Shown: positions 41,301-54,100 of the stretch, in pieces | Layout of the letters: every line of letters begins with the position of its first letter | Numbering within the stretch: the first letter of the stretch is position 1 | Origin: Macrostomum lignano | Lineage: Eukaryota | Length of the DNA stretch: 64,000 nt | NCBI GenBank assembly: GCA_002269645.1 | Contig: NIVC01003704.1 | Coordinates: forward strand, 17,611 to 81,610 | Direction of reading: 5' to 3' | Translations under genes and position numbers: made by a program | The notes under the pieces: generated by a model | The model's input: the letters and a program-made list of their open reading frames with translations, nothing else | Databases searched by the model: none | What the model was told of the DNA's origin: nothing

Positions 41301-42099
41301 AGATTATCGCTGACTATTGAAAGTTTCTAGCTATCATTAGAAATAATCAGGGAAATAATTAAACTTCCATACTGCTATTGTTTATCTTAGTTGAGGCATG
41401 CTAACTTCCATATAAGGTTAAAAGTTCGCTACAAGTGCTAAAATATTTATAAGGCAGTCAATTATCGAGGGACTCACAAGCCGCTAGTTACTGTTGAAGC
41501 TATTGTGCGCCTTACTCCTTACACTTTAGGGTCGTTCTCAAAACTTCGGTTCAATGTAGTATAACAAATCTCAGCAACTTATTAAAATATTGCACTGTTC
41601 TGCGACTTTTTAGGAAATAATTGTTAACAAAAATAAATAAAAGCAAAGGTTTTATACGGGAAAAATCTAATAAAGAAGCTGTTATCAGCTTTAATATGCC
41701 AAATTGAAGTTATCGCGCTGTCAAATCATACGTTTTTGTGAATGAAGCCAATCAAGTTTTTGCAAAAAGAGTCAATTTTCTTAGCCACAGCAAAAACTTT
41801 TGCAGCAATTGTATTTTTAAGAAGTAATGCACATCCTAAATATCCATTTGGTTCCTTTTCACTGCTTAAGTTGGCTAAATAACATTAAAAATTACGAATT
41901 TGTAAATTTCCAAATTCAGACAGCATGTGATAAACCGGTTGATAAATTAATGGAAACGAATCTTCATTGAAAATATTTTTATTAGTGAAAGCATTAGTTC
42001 AAACATTTATGCTTTCAGCCTTATTTAAAGTATAGTCTAGTGTTTAGAAAGCCTTTCATTAAAAAGTATTTTGATAATTTACAAAAAATATCCACTATC

Positions 42100-42760
42100 A
42101 GAGAGCACAGTTTTCATTCTATAAGTGCACTATAACTCAGACCTCGAAAATCATTTGAAAACAAAACTTCACACACATAAGGCACCCATCCTGAGGTGGT
42201 GCAAAAGTAATAATTTTAAAAAAATTGAATAACCGTATTGGTATAGTAAGCAATAATGTCAATATTTAAGCATTTTTTTCATAAATTTAGTCTATAAGTG
42301 CAGTATAACTCAGACTTGGACAAACAAATCAAGACAAAACTTCACACACATAAAGCACCCATCCTAAGGTGGTGCAAAAATCCGCATTTTCTAAAATTTG
42401 AATAATTGTATGGGTATAGTAAGCAATAATGTCAACATTTAAGCATTTTTTCATAAATTTAGTCTATAAGTGCAGTATAACTCAGACTTGGACAAACAAA
42501 TCAAGACAAAACTTCACACACATAAAGCATCCATCCTAAGGTGGTGCAAAAGTTATACTGTTTTAAATTGTGAATAAGTATCTGGGTAATAATAAGCAAT
42601 AATGTCAATATTTAGGCTTTTTTATTAATTTTGTCTATAAGTGCAGTATAACTCAGGCTTGAAGAACTAAATCAAGACAAAACTTCACACACAAAGAACC
42701 CACCCTAAGGTGGTGCAAAAGCTATAATATTTTGTATTTTTAAGATGCAATTGTGTATAA
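42100..42760. repeat. Diverged ~172-bp tandem repeat, 4 copies
   Basis: ctataagtgca recurs at 42119, 42292, 42464 and 42635. Shared aaaacttcacacaca...aggtggtgcaaaa motif. Confidence 0.88.
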
Positions 42761-43008
42761 GAAGTATAAATAATATCATTATTTAGGGATTTTTTAGATT
42801 TTTCAATGTGAAAAAAGTCAGATTGTACAACTCTTTTAATAACAGGACTTCTCTCGCATAAAGTAGCTAATCTTGAAGCTTTAAATTCAAAATGATCTGC
42901 ACGGTTTCTGTTTTCATTTAAGTTTATATTATGTTGGTGTTCTTTAATAAACTATCTGTGCACATACCCCCTGGTATGTGATTCGTTATCTTTTTAAGTA
43001 GCCTCTGT

Positions 43009-43210
43009 AAATATATTGGGACGCTAGATTTCGCGTGACTGGATTTCACGTGATTGGATTTCGCGTGACTGGATTTCACACGACTGAATTTAAATACATT
43101 TACAACAACAAATACTTCCATCTAAACCTTCTAGTCTAACTCGAATCCAGTCGCGCGAAATCCAGTCGCTCGTAATCCAGTCCCGCAATTTCTAGCGTCC
43201 CAATATATTT
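43009..43210. mobile_element. MITE, about 200 bp, with a 20-bp perfect terminal inverted repeat and inverted subterminal repeats
   Basis: aaatatattgggacgctaga (43009-43028) is the reverse complement of tctagcgtcccaatatattt (43191-43210). Internal GACTGGATTTC repeats on the left mirror GAAATCCAGTC-like repeats on the right. TA/TATA flanks. Confidence 0.8.
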
Positions 43211-43409
43211 TAAAACTCATTCAATGATGAACTCCAGCAGGAAATAGAAGGAAAATAGGAGAGAAAATCAGGCAACCAGCACTTTCAGATAAGAATATGG
43301 GGGATCCCGCACGATTTAAGCTAGAGGCGGCAATCCTGCGGACCAAATAAGGCCCTCAAAGCCCTCGGGTTCCTTAAAACTTCACAATAGAAATCCGGCC
43401 CGCTCAAGT

Positions 43410-43690
43410 TTTGTGTCTCTTTTCAGCTCTCTTCTCTCCTCTCTTCTTCTCTCCTCTCCTTTCCTCTCACCTCTCTCTCCTCTCCTCTCCTCTCTCCCCT
43501 TCTCTCCCTGCTTCTCTCTTCTCTCGTCGCCTCTCCTCTCGTCTTCTCTCCTCTCCCTTTTCTTTCTTCTCCTCTCCTCTCCTTTCCTCCTCTCTTTTTC
43601 TTCTTCCTTCTCTACTCTCTCCTCTCCTAATTCATTTCTCTTCTCTTCACCTCTCTTCTCCTTTATTCCCTTGCCTCTGCTTTCTCTCAG
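43410..43690. repeat. CT-rich polypyrimidine low-complexity tract
   Basis: Visible directly. Confidence 0.9.
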
Positions 43691-44599
43691 CATTGCGTGC
43701 AACATTGTGTGCAGCATTCTGCTCGTTCAATGGAAGAGAAATGACTTGAAATAATTTTATAAACAATCGGTGGATGATGATGTGGAGCAGCTTCTCCCAG
43801 ATTACAGTCCAGTCCTGCAAGATTTTATATAAACCAGACCTAAGCTCCGAGCTAAGAACGGAAAACTGTAGATTGAGATTGACTATCTGCAAAATTGATT
43901 TATATGGTGCCAGTAATGTAAGTTCCCATTATTCTGACACATGAAAAACTACGATTACTCCTAATGCACAACTGCAATGAAATTGCCATGTTGTCGCTTC
44001 TAAACGTATATATATCTCATAAAATATGCCACATTATGAATTCACCAACCATGTTGGTAATTTTGGCATTAAATTTAATCTTAGAAGCATTGTGATCATT
44101 TTTAAATCAAATTTTAATCAGTATTGGTGCTTCTTATTGAGCATATAAATGTATCTGAAATACAATTTGAAAATTCTGGTTGAGGCGATTTTTGACACGC
44201 GAATTTTTTCAGTTTTCAGCCTTTTATTATACAAAATACTTTACAAATACATTACAATTGGTTTTTAATTGAGTTTCTCATTCAATTTTACCTAATTTAA
44301 ATCGAAGATTCGAAATTGCTACTTACCAAATTGATACCTGCAATAAGATATATTTAAAAGAGCATAATATATCATACAAGCTGTTGAAACCCGCGGATTT
44401 TGAACCCGGGGAACTCCATTCCCCGGAATTATTTTTGCATGTATTCTAAAATCTGAGGTAAAACTCAAACAAAAATTTGTTCCCTTGTTAATAGTTAGGA
44501 TAGAGTTAGGATCATGTAAAATTAGGATTTGAGGCAAACATTGATATTGTTGGCTGGGGTGCTGCGCAGAATGTCAGGCAAACTCTGGCCTCTACGTAC

Positions 44600-46085
44600 C
44601 TCTGCCTCTCCCTATGTCATTTGCATCCTTTGAAACTTCCATCTTCTTTTCTGTTTCCTATCTTCTCTCTCGTCTCTTCTCTCTCTCCCCTCTTATCTTT
44701 TCTTTCTTCTCTCCTCTCTCGTCTCTTCTCTCGTCTCTTCCCTCTCCCCTCTATTCTTTTCTCTCTCTTCTCCTCTCTTCGCTCTGGTCTCTCATATCTC
44801 CTTTCTCCTGTTTTATCTTTTCTCATTTCTCTCTGCTCTCTACTCTGTCTTCCCTCTGCTCTCTCTTCCCTCACCTCTCTTCTCACTCCTTACTCTACCT
44901 TCTCTCAACACTTTCCTTATCTCTACTCTCTCCTTTTTCCTCTCTTCTCTCAACTCTTTCCTCTCCTCTATCCACTCTCTCCTCTCATCTCTCTGCTCTC
45001 TCCTATCCTATCTCTCTTCTCTCTCTTCTCTCCCCTCTTTCCTCTCCTCCCTCGTCCTTTTCACCAATTTCCCCTGTCCTCTCGATTCTCTCCCTTCCCC
45101 TCCTCTCTCACTTCTCATCTCTCCCTTGTCTACACCTCTCATCCCTTATTTCTTATCTCTCCTCTTTTCTCTCTACTCTCCCATCTCTCATCTGTTCACT
45201 CTCGTTTCTGCTCTCTCATCTCCCCTCTCTTATCAGTCATCTTTACTCTCATATGTTCTCTCACCTCTCCCCTTGTACTCATCTCTTTTCCCTTTTTGAC
45301 TCAGGAGGACTCGATCCTTTCTTCTTTCTTCTCGTCTCTTCTCTTCTCTCTTCTATACTCTCTACCTATCTTGTCTTCTCTCTTCTCTCTCACTCTCCTC
45401 TCTCCTCTCTTATATCGTCTGTTCACTCTCATCTTTGCTCTCTCATTCCCCTCTCTCTTCTGTCATCTCTACTCTCCTCTCTACTGTGTACTCTTCTCTT
45501 TCCCCTCTTCTGACTCCTCTCTTTCTAGCTTACTCCTCTCTTCTCTTCCCTCTTCTATACTCTCTCCCCTCTATTCTCTTTTCTCGTCTCTCCGCACTCT
45601 GCTCTCTCTTCCTTCATCTCTCATATTTCCTTTCATCTCACTTATCTCTACAATCTCATCTCTTTCCTCTCTCCTCCTCTTCCCTTTACTCTATCATCTC
45701 TCCTTTGTCCTCTCTTCTTTCTAAACTCTCTCTCATATCTATCTTCTCTCTTCTCACTCGTCTCTCCCCCTCTTATCTCCTCCCCTCTATCCTTTCTAAT
45801 CCCCCTCTCGATACTCTCATCTCCTCTTTGTTCTCTCATCTCACTCTTCTCTACTCTCCTCTCTCATCGATCCTCTGTCTTATCTCTCCCCTCTTCTCTC
45901 TCCATCTTCTCACCTCTACTATTTCCTCTCCCTTCTCTCTCCCCTCCTCTCGCTTCTTCGTCCCATATTCTCTGCTCTCTCCTCAACCTCCTCGTACGTC
46001 TCTCCTGTTATCTTCTATCTTTTCTTTTATCCCCTCTCGCCCCTCCTCCCTTTCAAATAGTCTATTCCTTTTCCTTTTCACTCTC
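44600..46085. repeat. CT-rich polypyrimidine low-complexity tract, about 1.5 kb
   Basis: Visible directly. Confidence 0.93.
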
Positions 46086-46599
46086 ATCTGGCCCATAGCC
46101 ATGAGCTGGATTCTTTATCTGGCCTTTGAGATAAAAATCTGCCGATCCCTGCTTCGAAAGCCAGTTTGTAGGACGTAGTACTATCGTGGTTGTTATCATT
46201 TCTCATGCTTTAATCACGTCATCTTTCTGGTCAATTAGCAGCCCTGAGAGAAATTTGTATATCTCCAGCTCCACCACCAGTCTGCAGCAGTCTAACAAAC
46301 AACCATGGCAATACGCATTTCTTAGGAGGCCATTTAAATTTTAAAGTACCTTATGCGAATCTTAATGTTAAAATTTTCATGGTGCAAGTGTAACTAATTT
46401 AGTAGGATTGCATTGTAATCAGTTATTCATTAATTTTTCGATATTTTTTACAAACCCCTTGATTTGCCATCCTTGTTTAACTGCTGCAGACTTGTCTATT
46501 CAGAGGACAGTGGTTTGAAATTGAATCTCTCGCTAAACTCTCTCCTCTCTACGCCTCTCCACTTGCGGGGGTACAGAGAAGGCTATTAAAAAGTTATTC

Positions 46600-47310
46600 C
46601 AAAACACTGTACATTCGCTATGTACATTGAGCCCTATCGCCTGACCCTTCGTCTGGACTGGGGGATTGGGGGAATGAGTGAGTTGAGCGCCACAAACAAC
46701 AGAAAAAGCAGACAAACTTCACATGCTTACAGTTTCTTTTTCGGTTGAGTTACAGAGTTGAAACTTTACATTTAGACAGAGAATGAGTCAATGAAGAATT
46801 GTGTCAAGTTTGAAGTCAATCGCTTTACGTGGAGCAAACTTATGGCAGCTGAAAGTTAGTCAATTTTGAAACCCTTTTACACATCTGGGTCCAGATCGGG
46901 AAAGAGAGGCAGGCGGGCGGAGGTTGGGGTGGTTGCTACGCTGAAAAAAACAGCCTAACTTTAAAAGTGCACAGCACCGCTCAGGATTAACTTTGAGATT
47001 TGAAATTTTACACGATTGTGTCAAAATAGTTGAAAATTGTCTGTGTCAAATTTGAAGAGAATCGGTAGAAGTGGAGCGGCGCTATGGAGAATTTAGTGAA
47101 AAAATCGCGCATTTTGAGCAGTTTTTTGTACTTTTAGGTAGGAAGACTTGAGTCTAGGAAATTAAAAGGTAGCCTAAGACATTCTCCGTAGTAAGTTTAG
47201 GGTGGGTGTAAAGTATGGTGTCATTTGGTTGAGCGGTTTGGGAGTCCATAGCGATCAAAATTGTCCACACACACACACACACACAGAGTTTTGATTTTTA
47301 TATGTAGAGA
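46600..47310 (-). mobile_element. Possible non-autonomous Helitron/Helentron-like element (3' end not located)
   Basis: Minus strand starts A|TCTCTACATATAAAAATC, followed by a (TG)n tract and ...AAACCGCTCAACCAAATG.... This resembles 5' ends of invertebrate non-autonomous Helitrons. Internal duplicated tgtcaa.tttgaag..aatcg motif. Confidence 0.45.
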
Positions 47311-48148
47311 TTGAAAGTCAGTATGAGAGTTGAGGTATAAGTGTTTTAATTTTTCCTCAATTTTCCATATAAATCTGGCTGCAATATCAGTAATAAATAT
47401 CGATATCCTGAGAAACCTTATATTGCTTATGCAACAGTTGCCTATTATTTTGCCTACTTTGCCTATTTTTGTCTATTTTGTCTACTGATTTCACGTATAA
47501 TACGACTATTTTTTTATATTCGATTGAAGAATTCTGTGCCTAATAAATATATGTTTTTAATATTGTTAAGTAGTAAAATAGCATCAATAGTAGCTTTTAG
47601 CCTAATTCTGTATGTTTAATTAGTTTTAATACGTACGCCATTTTTGCCTGTAATACTATAAAAGAGAGAGAGAAAAATAAACGAAGGAGATCTTGCGCTC
47701 GTTGGTTTCCTCCGCCTGCCAATTTTAGACTCCGGTCTTGGCCCCAGCGGTTGTAATTGTTCCAAAAATAGATCTGAATTGGTCTTCAGTTTATGGCCGC
47801 CCGTTAGCGGAGCCCATCCCACGCTAAAAATAGCCCGTTAGCGGGGTCCGCCCCACGGTGGGGTGGGCTCCCTTAGCGCGGGCCAGCCCACAATTATTAG
47901 GATATGCCATTACGGGGCTGTGGAGAAGCAGACGCCAGAACTTGACTCGCATTGGTTGTCAAGATACATGGCACTAATTCAAAAAAGAAAAAAAACTCTT
48001 TTTTCGGCTCCATTGCGTGAGAACTAAATGCAATGACCTTGCCAGGGCGCTAAAATGGGCGCCGAAAGGCTAAAATTGGCGCCGGTAAATTAAAATTGGC
48101 GCCCAAAAGTAGCAAGCTGATATATGCTGCCACTTCTACGCCCGTTGG

Positions 48149-51100
48149 CACATTCCAGCGCTGATTAAGGGATCCTGGCGCCGATTTGGTGATCCTGGCG
48201 CCAAATTTGACTTTCGGCGCCAATTTGAGCTTTCCGCGCCAATTTGAGCTTTCCAGCGCCGATTTGAGCTTTCCAGCGCTGGTCCGGGCTTTTTAGCGCT
48301 GTTTTCAGCATTCCGGCGCTGATTTGGCGATACTGGCGCCGATTTGGTGATCCTAGCGCCAAATTTGACTTTCGGCGCCAATTTGAGCTTTCCGCGCCAA
48401 TTTGAGCTTTCCAGCGCCGATTTGAGCTTTCCAGCGCTGGTCCGGGCTTTTTAGCGCTGATTTCAGCATTCCAGCGCTGATTAAGGGATCCTGGCGCCGA
48501 TTTGGTGATCCTGGCGCCAAATTTGACTTTCGGCGCCAATTTGAGCTTTCCGCGCCAATTTGAGCTTTCCAGCGCCGATTTGAGCTTTCCAGCGCTGGTC
48601 CGGGCTTTTTAGCGCTGTTTTCAGCATTCCGGCGCTGATTTGGCGATACTGGCGCCAAATTTGACTTTCGGCGCCAATTTGAGCTTTCCCGCGCCAATTT
48701 GAGCTTTCCAGCGCCGATTTGAGCTTTCCAGCGCTGGTCCGGGCTTTTTGGCGCTGTTTTCAGCATTCCGGCGCTGATTTGGCGATACTGGCGCCGATTT
48801 GGTGATCCTGGCGCCAAATTTGACTTTCGGCGCCAATTTGAGCTTTCCCGCGCCAATTTGAGCTTTCCAGCGCCGATTTGAGCTTTCCAGCGCTGGTCCG
48901 GGCTTTTTAGCGCTGATTTCAGCATTCCAGCGCTGATTAAGGGATCCTGGCGCCGATTTGGTGATCCTGGCGCCAAATTTGACGTTCCGCGCCAATTTGA
49001 GCTTTCCGCGCCAATTTGAGCTTTCCAGCGCCGATTTGAGCTTTCCAGCGCTGGTCCGGGCTTTTTAGCGCTGTTTTCAGCATTCCGGCGCTGATTTGGC
49101 GATACTGGCGCCAAATTTGGTGATCCTGGCGCCAAATTTGACTTTCGGCGCCAATTTGAGCTTTCCCGCGCCAATTTGAGCTTTCCAGCGCCGATTTGAG
49201 CTTTCCAGCGCTGGTCCGGGCTTTTTAGCGCTGTTTTCAGCATTCCGGCGCTGATTTGGCGATACTGGCGCCGATTTGGTGATCCTGGCGCCAAATTTGA
49301 CTTTCGGCGCCAATTTGAGCTTTCCGCGCCAATTTGAGCTTTCCAGCGCCGATTTGAGCTTTCCAGCGCTGGTCCGGGCTTTTTAGCGCTGATTTCAGCA
49401 TTCCGGCGCTGATTTGGCGATACTGGCGCCGATTTGGTGATCCTGGCGCCAAATTTGACTTTCGGCGCCAATTTGAGCTTTCCGCGCCAATTTGAGCTTT
49501 CCAGCGCCGATTTGAGCTTTCCAGCGCTGGTCCGGGCTTTTTAGCGCTGATTTCAGCATTCCAGCGCTGATTAAGGGATCCTGGCGCCGATTTGGTGATC
49601 CTGGCGCCAAATTTGACTTTCGGCGCCAATTTGAGCTTTCCGCGCCAATTTGAGCTTTCCAGCGCCGATTTGAGCTTTCCAGCGCTGGTCCGGGCTTTTT
49701 GGCGCTGTTTTCAGCATTCCGGCGCTGATTTGGTGATCCTGGCGCCAAATTTGACTTTCAGCGCCAATTTGAGCTTTCCCGCGCCAATTTGAGCTTTCCA
49801 GCGCCGATTTGAGCTTTCCAGCGCTGGTCCGGGCTTTTTAGCGCTGATTTCAGCATTCCAGCGCTGATTTGGCGATACTGGCGCCGATTTGGTGATCCTG
49901 GCGCCAAATTTGACTTTTGGCGCCAATTTGAGCTTTCCGCGCCAATTTGAGCTTTCCAGCGCCGATTTGAGCTTTCCATCGCTGGTCCGGGCTTTTTAGC
50001 GCTGTTTTCAGCATTCCGGCGCTGATTTGGCGATACTGGCGCCGATTTGGTGATCCTGGCGCCAAATTTGGCTTTCGGCGCCAATTTAAGCTTTCCGCGC
50101 CAATTTGAGCTTTCCAGCGCTGGTCCGGGCTTTTTAGCGCTGTTTTCAGCATTCCGGCGCTGATTTGGCGATACTGGCGCCGATTTGGTGATCCTGGCGC
50201 CAAATTTGGCTTTCGGCGCCAATTTAAGCTTTCCGCGCCAATTTGAGCTTTCCAGCGCTGGTCCGGGCTTTTTAGCGCTGTTTTCAGCATTCCGGCGCTG
50301 ATTTGGCGATACTGGCGCCAAATTTGGTGATCCTGGCGCCAAATTTGACTTTCGGCGCCAATTTGAGCTTTCCCGCGCCAATTTGAGCTTTCCAGCGCCG
50401 ATTTGAGCTTTCCAGCGCTGGTCCGGGCTTTTTAGCGCTGATTTCAGCATTCCAGCGCTGATTTGGCGATACTGGCGCCGATTTGGTGATCCTGGCGCCA
50501 AATTTGACTTTCGGCGCCAATTTGAGCTTTCCGCGCCAATTTGAGCTTTCCAGCGCCGATTTGAGCTTTCCAGCGCTGGTCCGGGCTTTTTAGCGCTGAT
50601 TTCAGCATTCCAGCGCTGATTAAGGGATCCTGGCGCCGATTTGGTGATCCTGGCGCCAAATTTGGCTTTCGGCGCCAATTTGAGCTTTCCGCGCCAATTT
50701 GAGCTTTCCAGCGCCGATTTGAGCTTTCCAGCGCTGGTCCGGGCTTTTTAGTGCTGTTTTCAGCATTCCGGCGCTGATTTGGCGATACTGGCGCCGATTT
50801 GGTGATCCTGGCGCCAAATTTGGCTTTCGGCGCCAATTTAAGCTTTCCGCGCCAATTTAAGCTTTCCAGCGCTGGTCCGGGCTTTTTAGCGCTGTTTTCA
50901 GCATTCCGGCGCTGATTTGGCGATACTGGCGCCGATTTGGTGATCCTGGCGCCAAATTTGGCTTTCGGCGCCAATTTAAGCTTTCCGCGCCAATTTGAGC
51001 TTTCCAGCGCTGGTCCGGGCTTTTTAGCGCTGTTTTCAGCATTCCAGCGCTGATTTGGCGATACTGGCGCCGATTTGGTGATCCTGGCGCCAAATTTGAC

Positions 51101-54100
51101 TTTCGGCGCCAATTTGAGCTTTCCGCGCCAATTTGAGCTTTCCAGCGCCGATTTGAGCTTTCCAGCGCTGGTCCGGGCTTTTTAGCGCTGATTTCAGCAT
51201 TCCGGCGCTGATTTGGCGATACTGGCGCCGATTTGGTGATCCTGGCGCCAAATTTGACTTTCGGCGCCAATTTGAGCTTTCCGCGCCAATTTGAGCTTTC
51301 CAGCGCCGATTTGAGCTTTCCAGCGCTGGTCCGGGCTTTTTAGCGCTGATTTCAGCATTCCGGCGCTGATTTGGCGATACTGGCGCCGATTTGGTGATCC
51401 TGGCGCCAAATTTGACTTTCGGCGCCAATTTGAGCTTTCCGCGCCAATTTGAGCTTTCCAGCGCCGATTTGAGCTTTCCAGCGCTGGTCCGGGCTTTTTA
51501 GCGCTGATTTCAGCATTCCAGCGCTGATTAAGGGATCCTGGCGCCGATTTGGTGATCCTGGCGCCAAATTTGACTTTCGGCGCCAATTTGAGCTTTCCGC
51601 GCCAATTTGAGCTTTCCAGCGCCGATTTGAGCTTTCCAGCGCTGGTCCGGGCTTTTTGCGCTGTTTTCAGCATTCCGGCGCTGATTTGGTGATCCTGGCG
51701 CCAAATTTGACTTTCAGCGCCAATTTGAGCTTTCCGCGCCAATTTGAGCTTTCCAGCGCCGATTTGAGCTTTCCAGCGCTGGTCCGGGCTTTTTAGCGCT
51801 GATTTCAGCATTCCAGCGCTGATTTGGCGATACTGGCGCCGATTTGGTGATCCTGGCGCCAAATTTGACTTTTGGCGCAATTTGAGCTTTCCGCGCCAAT
51901 TTGAGCTTTCCAGCGCCGATTTGAGCTTTCCATCGCTGGTCCGGGCTTTTTAGCGCTGTTTTCAGCATTCCGGCGCTGATTTGGCGATACTGGCGCCGAT
52001 TTGGTGATCCTGGCGCCAAATTTGGCTTTCGGCGCCAATTTAAGCTTTCCGCGCCAATTTGAGCTTTCCAGCGCTGGTCCGGGCTTTTTAGCGCTGTTTT
52101 CAGCATTCCGGCGCTGATTTGGCGATACTGGCGCCGATTTGGTGATCCTGGCGCCAAATTTGGCTTTCGGCGCCAATTTAAGCTTTCCGCGCCAATTTGA
52201 GCTTTCCAGCGCTGGTCCGGGCTTTTTAGCGCTGTTTTCAGCATTCCGGCGCTGATTTGGCGATACTGGCGCCGATTTGGTGATCCTGGCGCCAAATTTG
52301 ACTTTCGGCGCCAATTTGAGCTTTCCGCGCCAATTTGAGCTTTCCAGCGCCGATTTGAGCTTTCCAGCGCTGGTCCGGGCTTTTTAGCGCTGATTTCAGC
52401 ATTCCAGCGCTGATTTGGCGATACTGGCGCCGATTTGGTGATCCTGGCGCCAAATTTGACTTTCGGCGCCAATTTGAGCTTTCCGCGCCAATTTGAGCTT
52501 TCCAGCGCCGATTTGAGCTTTCCAGCGCTGGTCCGGGCTTTTTAGCGCTGATTTCAGCATTCCAGCGCTGATTAAGGGATCTGGCGCCGATTTGGTGATC
52601 CTGGCGCCAAATTTGGCTTTCGGCGCCAATTTGAGCTTTCCGCGCCAATTTGAGCTTTCCAGCGCCGATTTGAGCTTTCCAGCGCTGGTCCGGGCTTTTT
52701 AGCGCTGTTTTCAGCATTCCGGCGCTGATTTGGCGATACTGGCGCCGATTTGGTGATCCTGGCGCCAAATTTGGCTTTCGGCGCCAATTTAAGCTTTCCG
52801 CGCCAATTTGAGCTTTCCAGCGCTGGTCCGGGCTTTTTAGCGCTGTTTTCAGCATTCCGGCGCTGATTTGGCGATACTGGCGCCGATTTGGTGATCCTGG
52901 CGCCAAATTTGGCTTTCGGCGCCAATTTAAGCTTTCCGCGCCAATTTGAGCTTTCCAGCGCTGGTCCGGGCTTTTTAGCGCTGTTTTCAGCATTCCGGCG
53001 CTGATTTGGCGATACTGGCGCCGATTTGGTGATCCTGGCGCCAAATTTGACTTTCGGCGCCAATTTGAGCTTTCCGCGCCAATTTGAGCTTTCCAGCGCC
53101 GATTTGAGCTTTCCAGCGCTGGTCCGGGCTTTTTAGCGCTGATTTCAGCATTCCGGCGCTGATTTGGCGATACTGGCGCCGATTTGGTGATCCTGGCGCC
53201 AAATTTGACTTTCGGCGCCAATTTGAGCTTTCCGCGCCAATTTGAGCTTTCCAGCGCCGATTTGAGCTTTCCAGCGCTGGTCCGGGCTTTTTAGCGCTGT
53301 TTCAGCATTCCGGCGCTGATTTGGCGATACTGGCGCCGATTTGGTGATCCTGGCGCCAAATTTGGCTTTCGGCGCCAATTTAAGCTTTCCGCGCCAATTT
53401 GAGCTTTCCAGCGCTGGTCCGGGCTTTTTAGCGCTGTTTTCAGCATTCCGGCGCTGATTTGGCGATACTGGCGCCGATTTGGTGATCCTGGCGCCAAATT
53501 TGGCTTTCGGCGCCAATTTAAGCTTTCCGCGCCAATTTGAGCTTTCCAGCGCTGGTCCGGGCTTTTTAGCGCTGTTTTCAGCATTCCGGCGCTGATTTGG
53601 CGATACTGGCGCCGATTTGGTGATCCTGGCGCCAAATTTGGCTTTCGGCGCCAATTTAAGCTTTCCGCGCCAATTTGAGCTTTCCAGCGCTGGTCCGGGC
53701 TTTTTAGCGCTGTTTTCAGCATTCCGGCGCTGATTTGGCGATACTGGCGCCGATTTGGTGATCCTGGCGCCAAATTTGGCTTTCGGCGCCAATTTAAGCT
53801 TTCCGCGCCAATTTGAGCTTTCCAGCGCTGGTCCGGGCTTTTTAGCGCTGTTTTCAGCATTCCGGCGCTGATTTGGCGATACTGGCGCCGATTTGGTGAT
53901 CCTGGCGCCAAATTTGGCTTTCGGCGCCAATTTAAGCTTTCCGCGCCAATTTGAGCTTTCCAGCGCTGGTCCGGGCTTTTTAGCGCTGTTTTCAGCATTC
54001 CGGCGCTGATTTGGCGATACTGGCGCCATTTGGTGATCCTGGCGCCAAATTTGACTTTCGGCGCCAATTTGAGCTTTCCCGCGCCAATTTGAGCTTTCCA

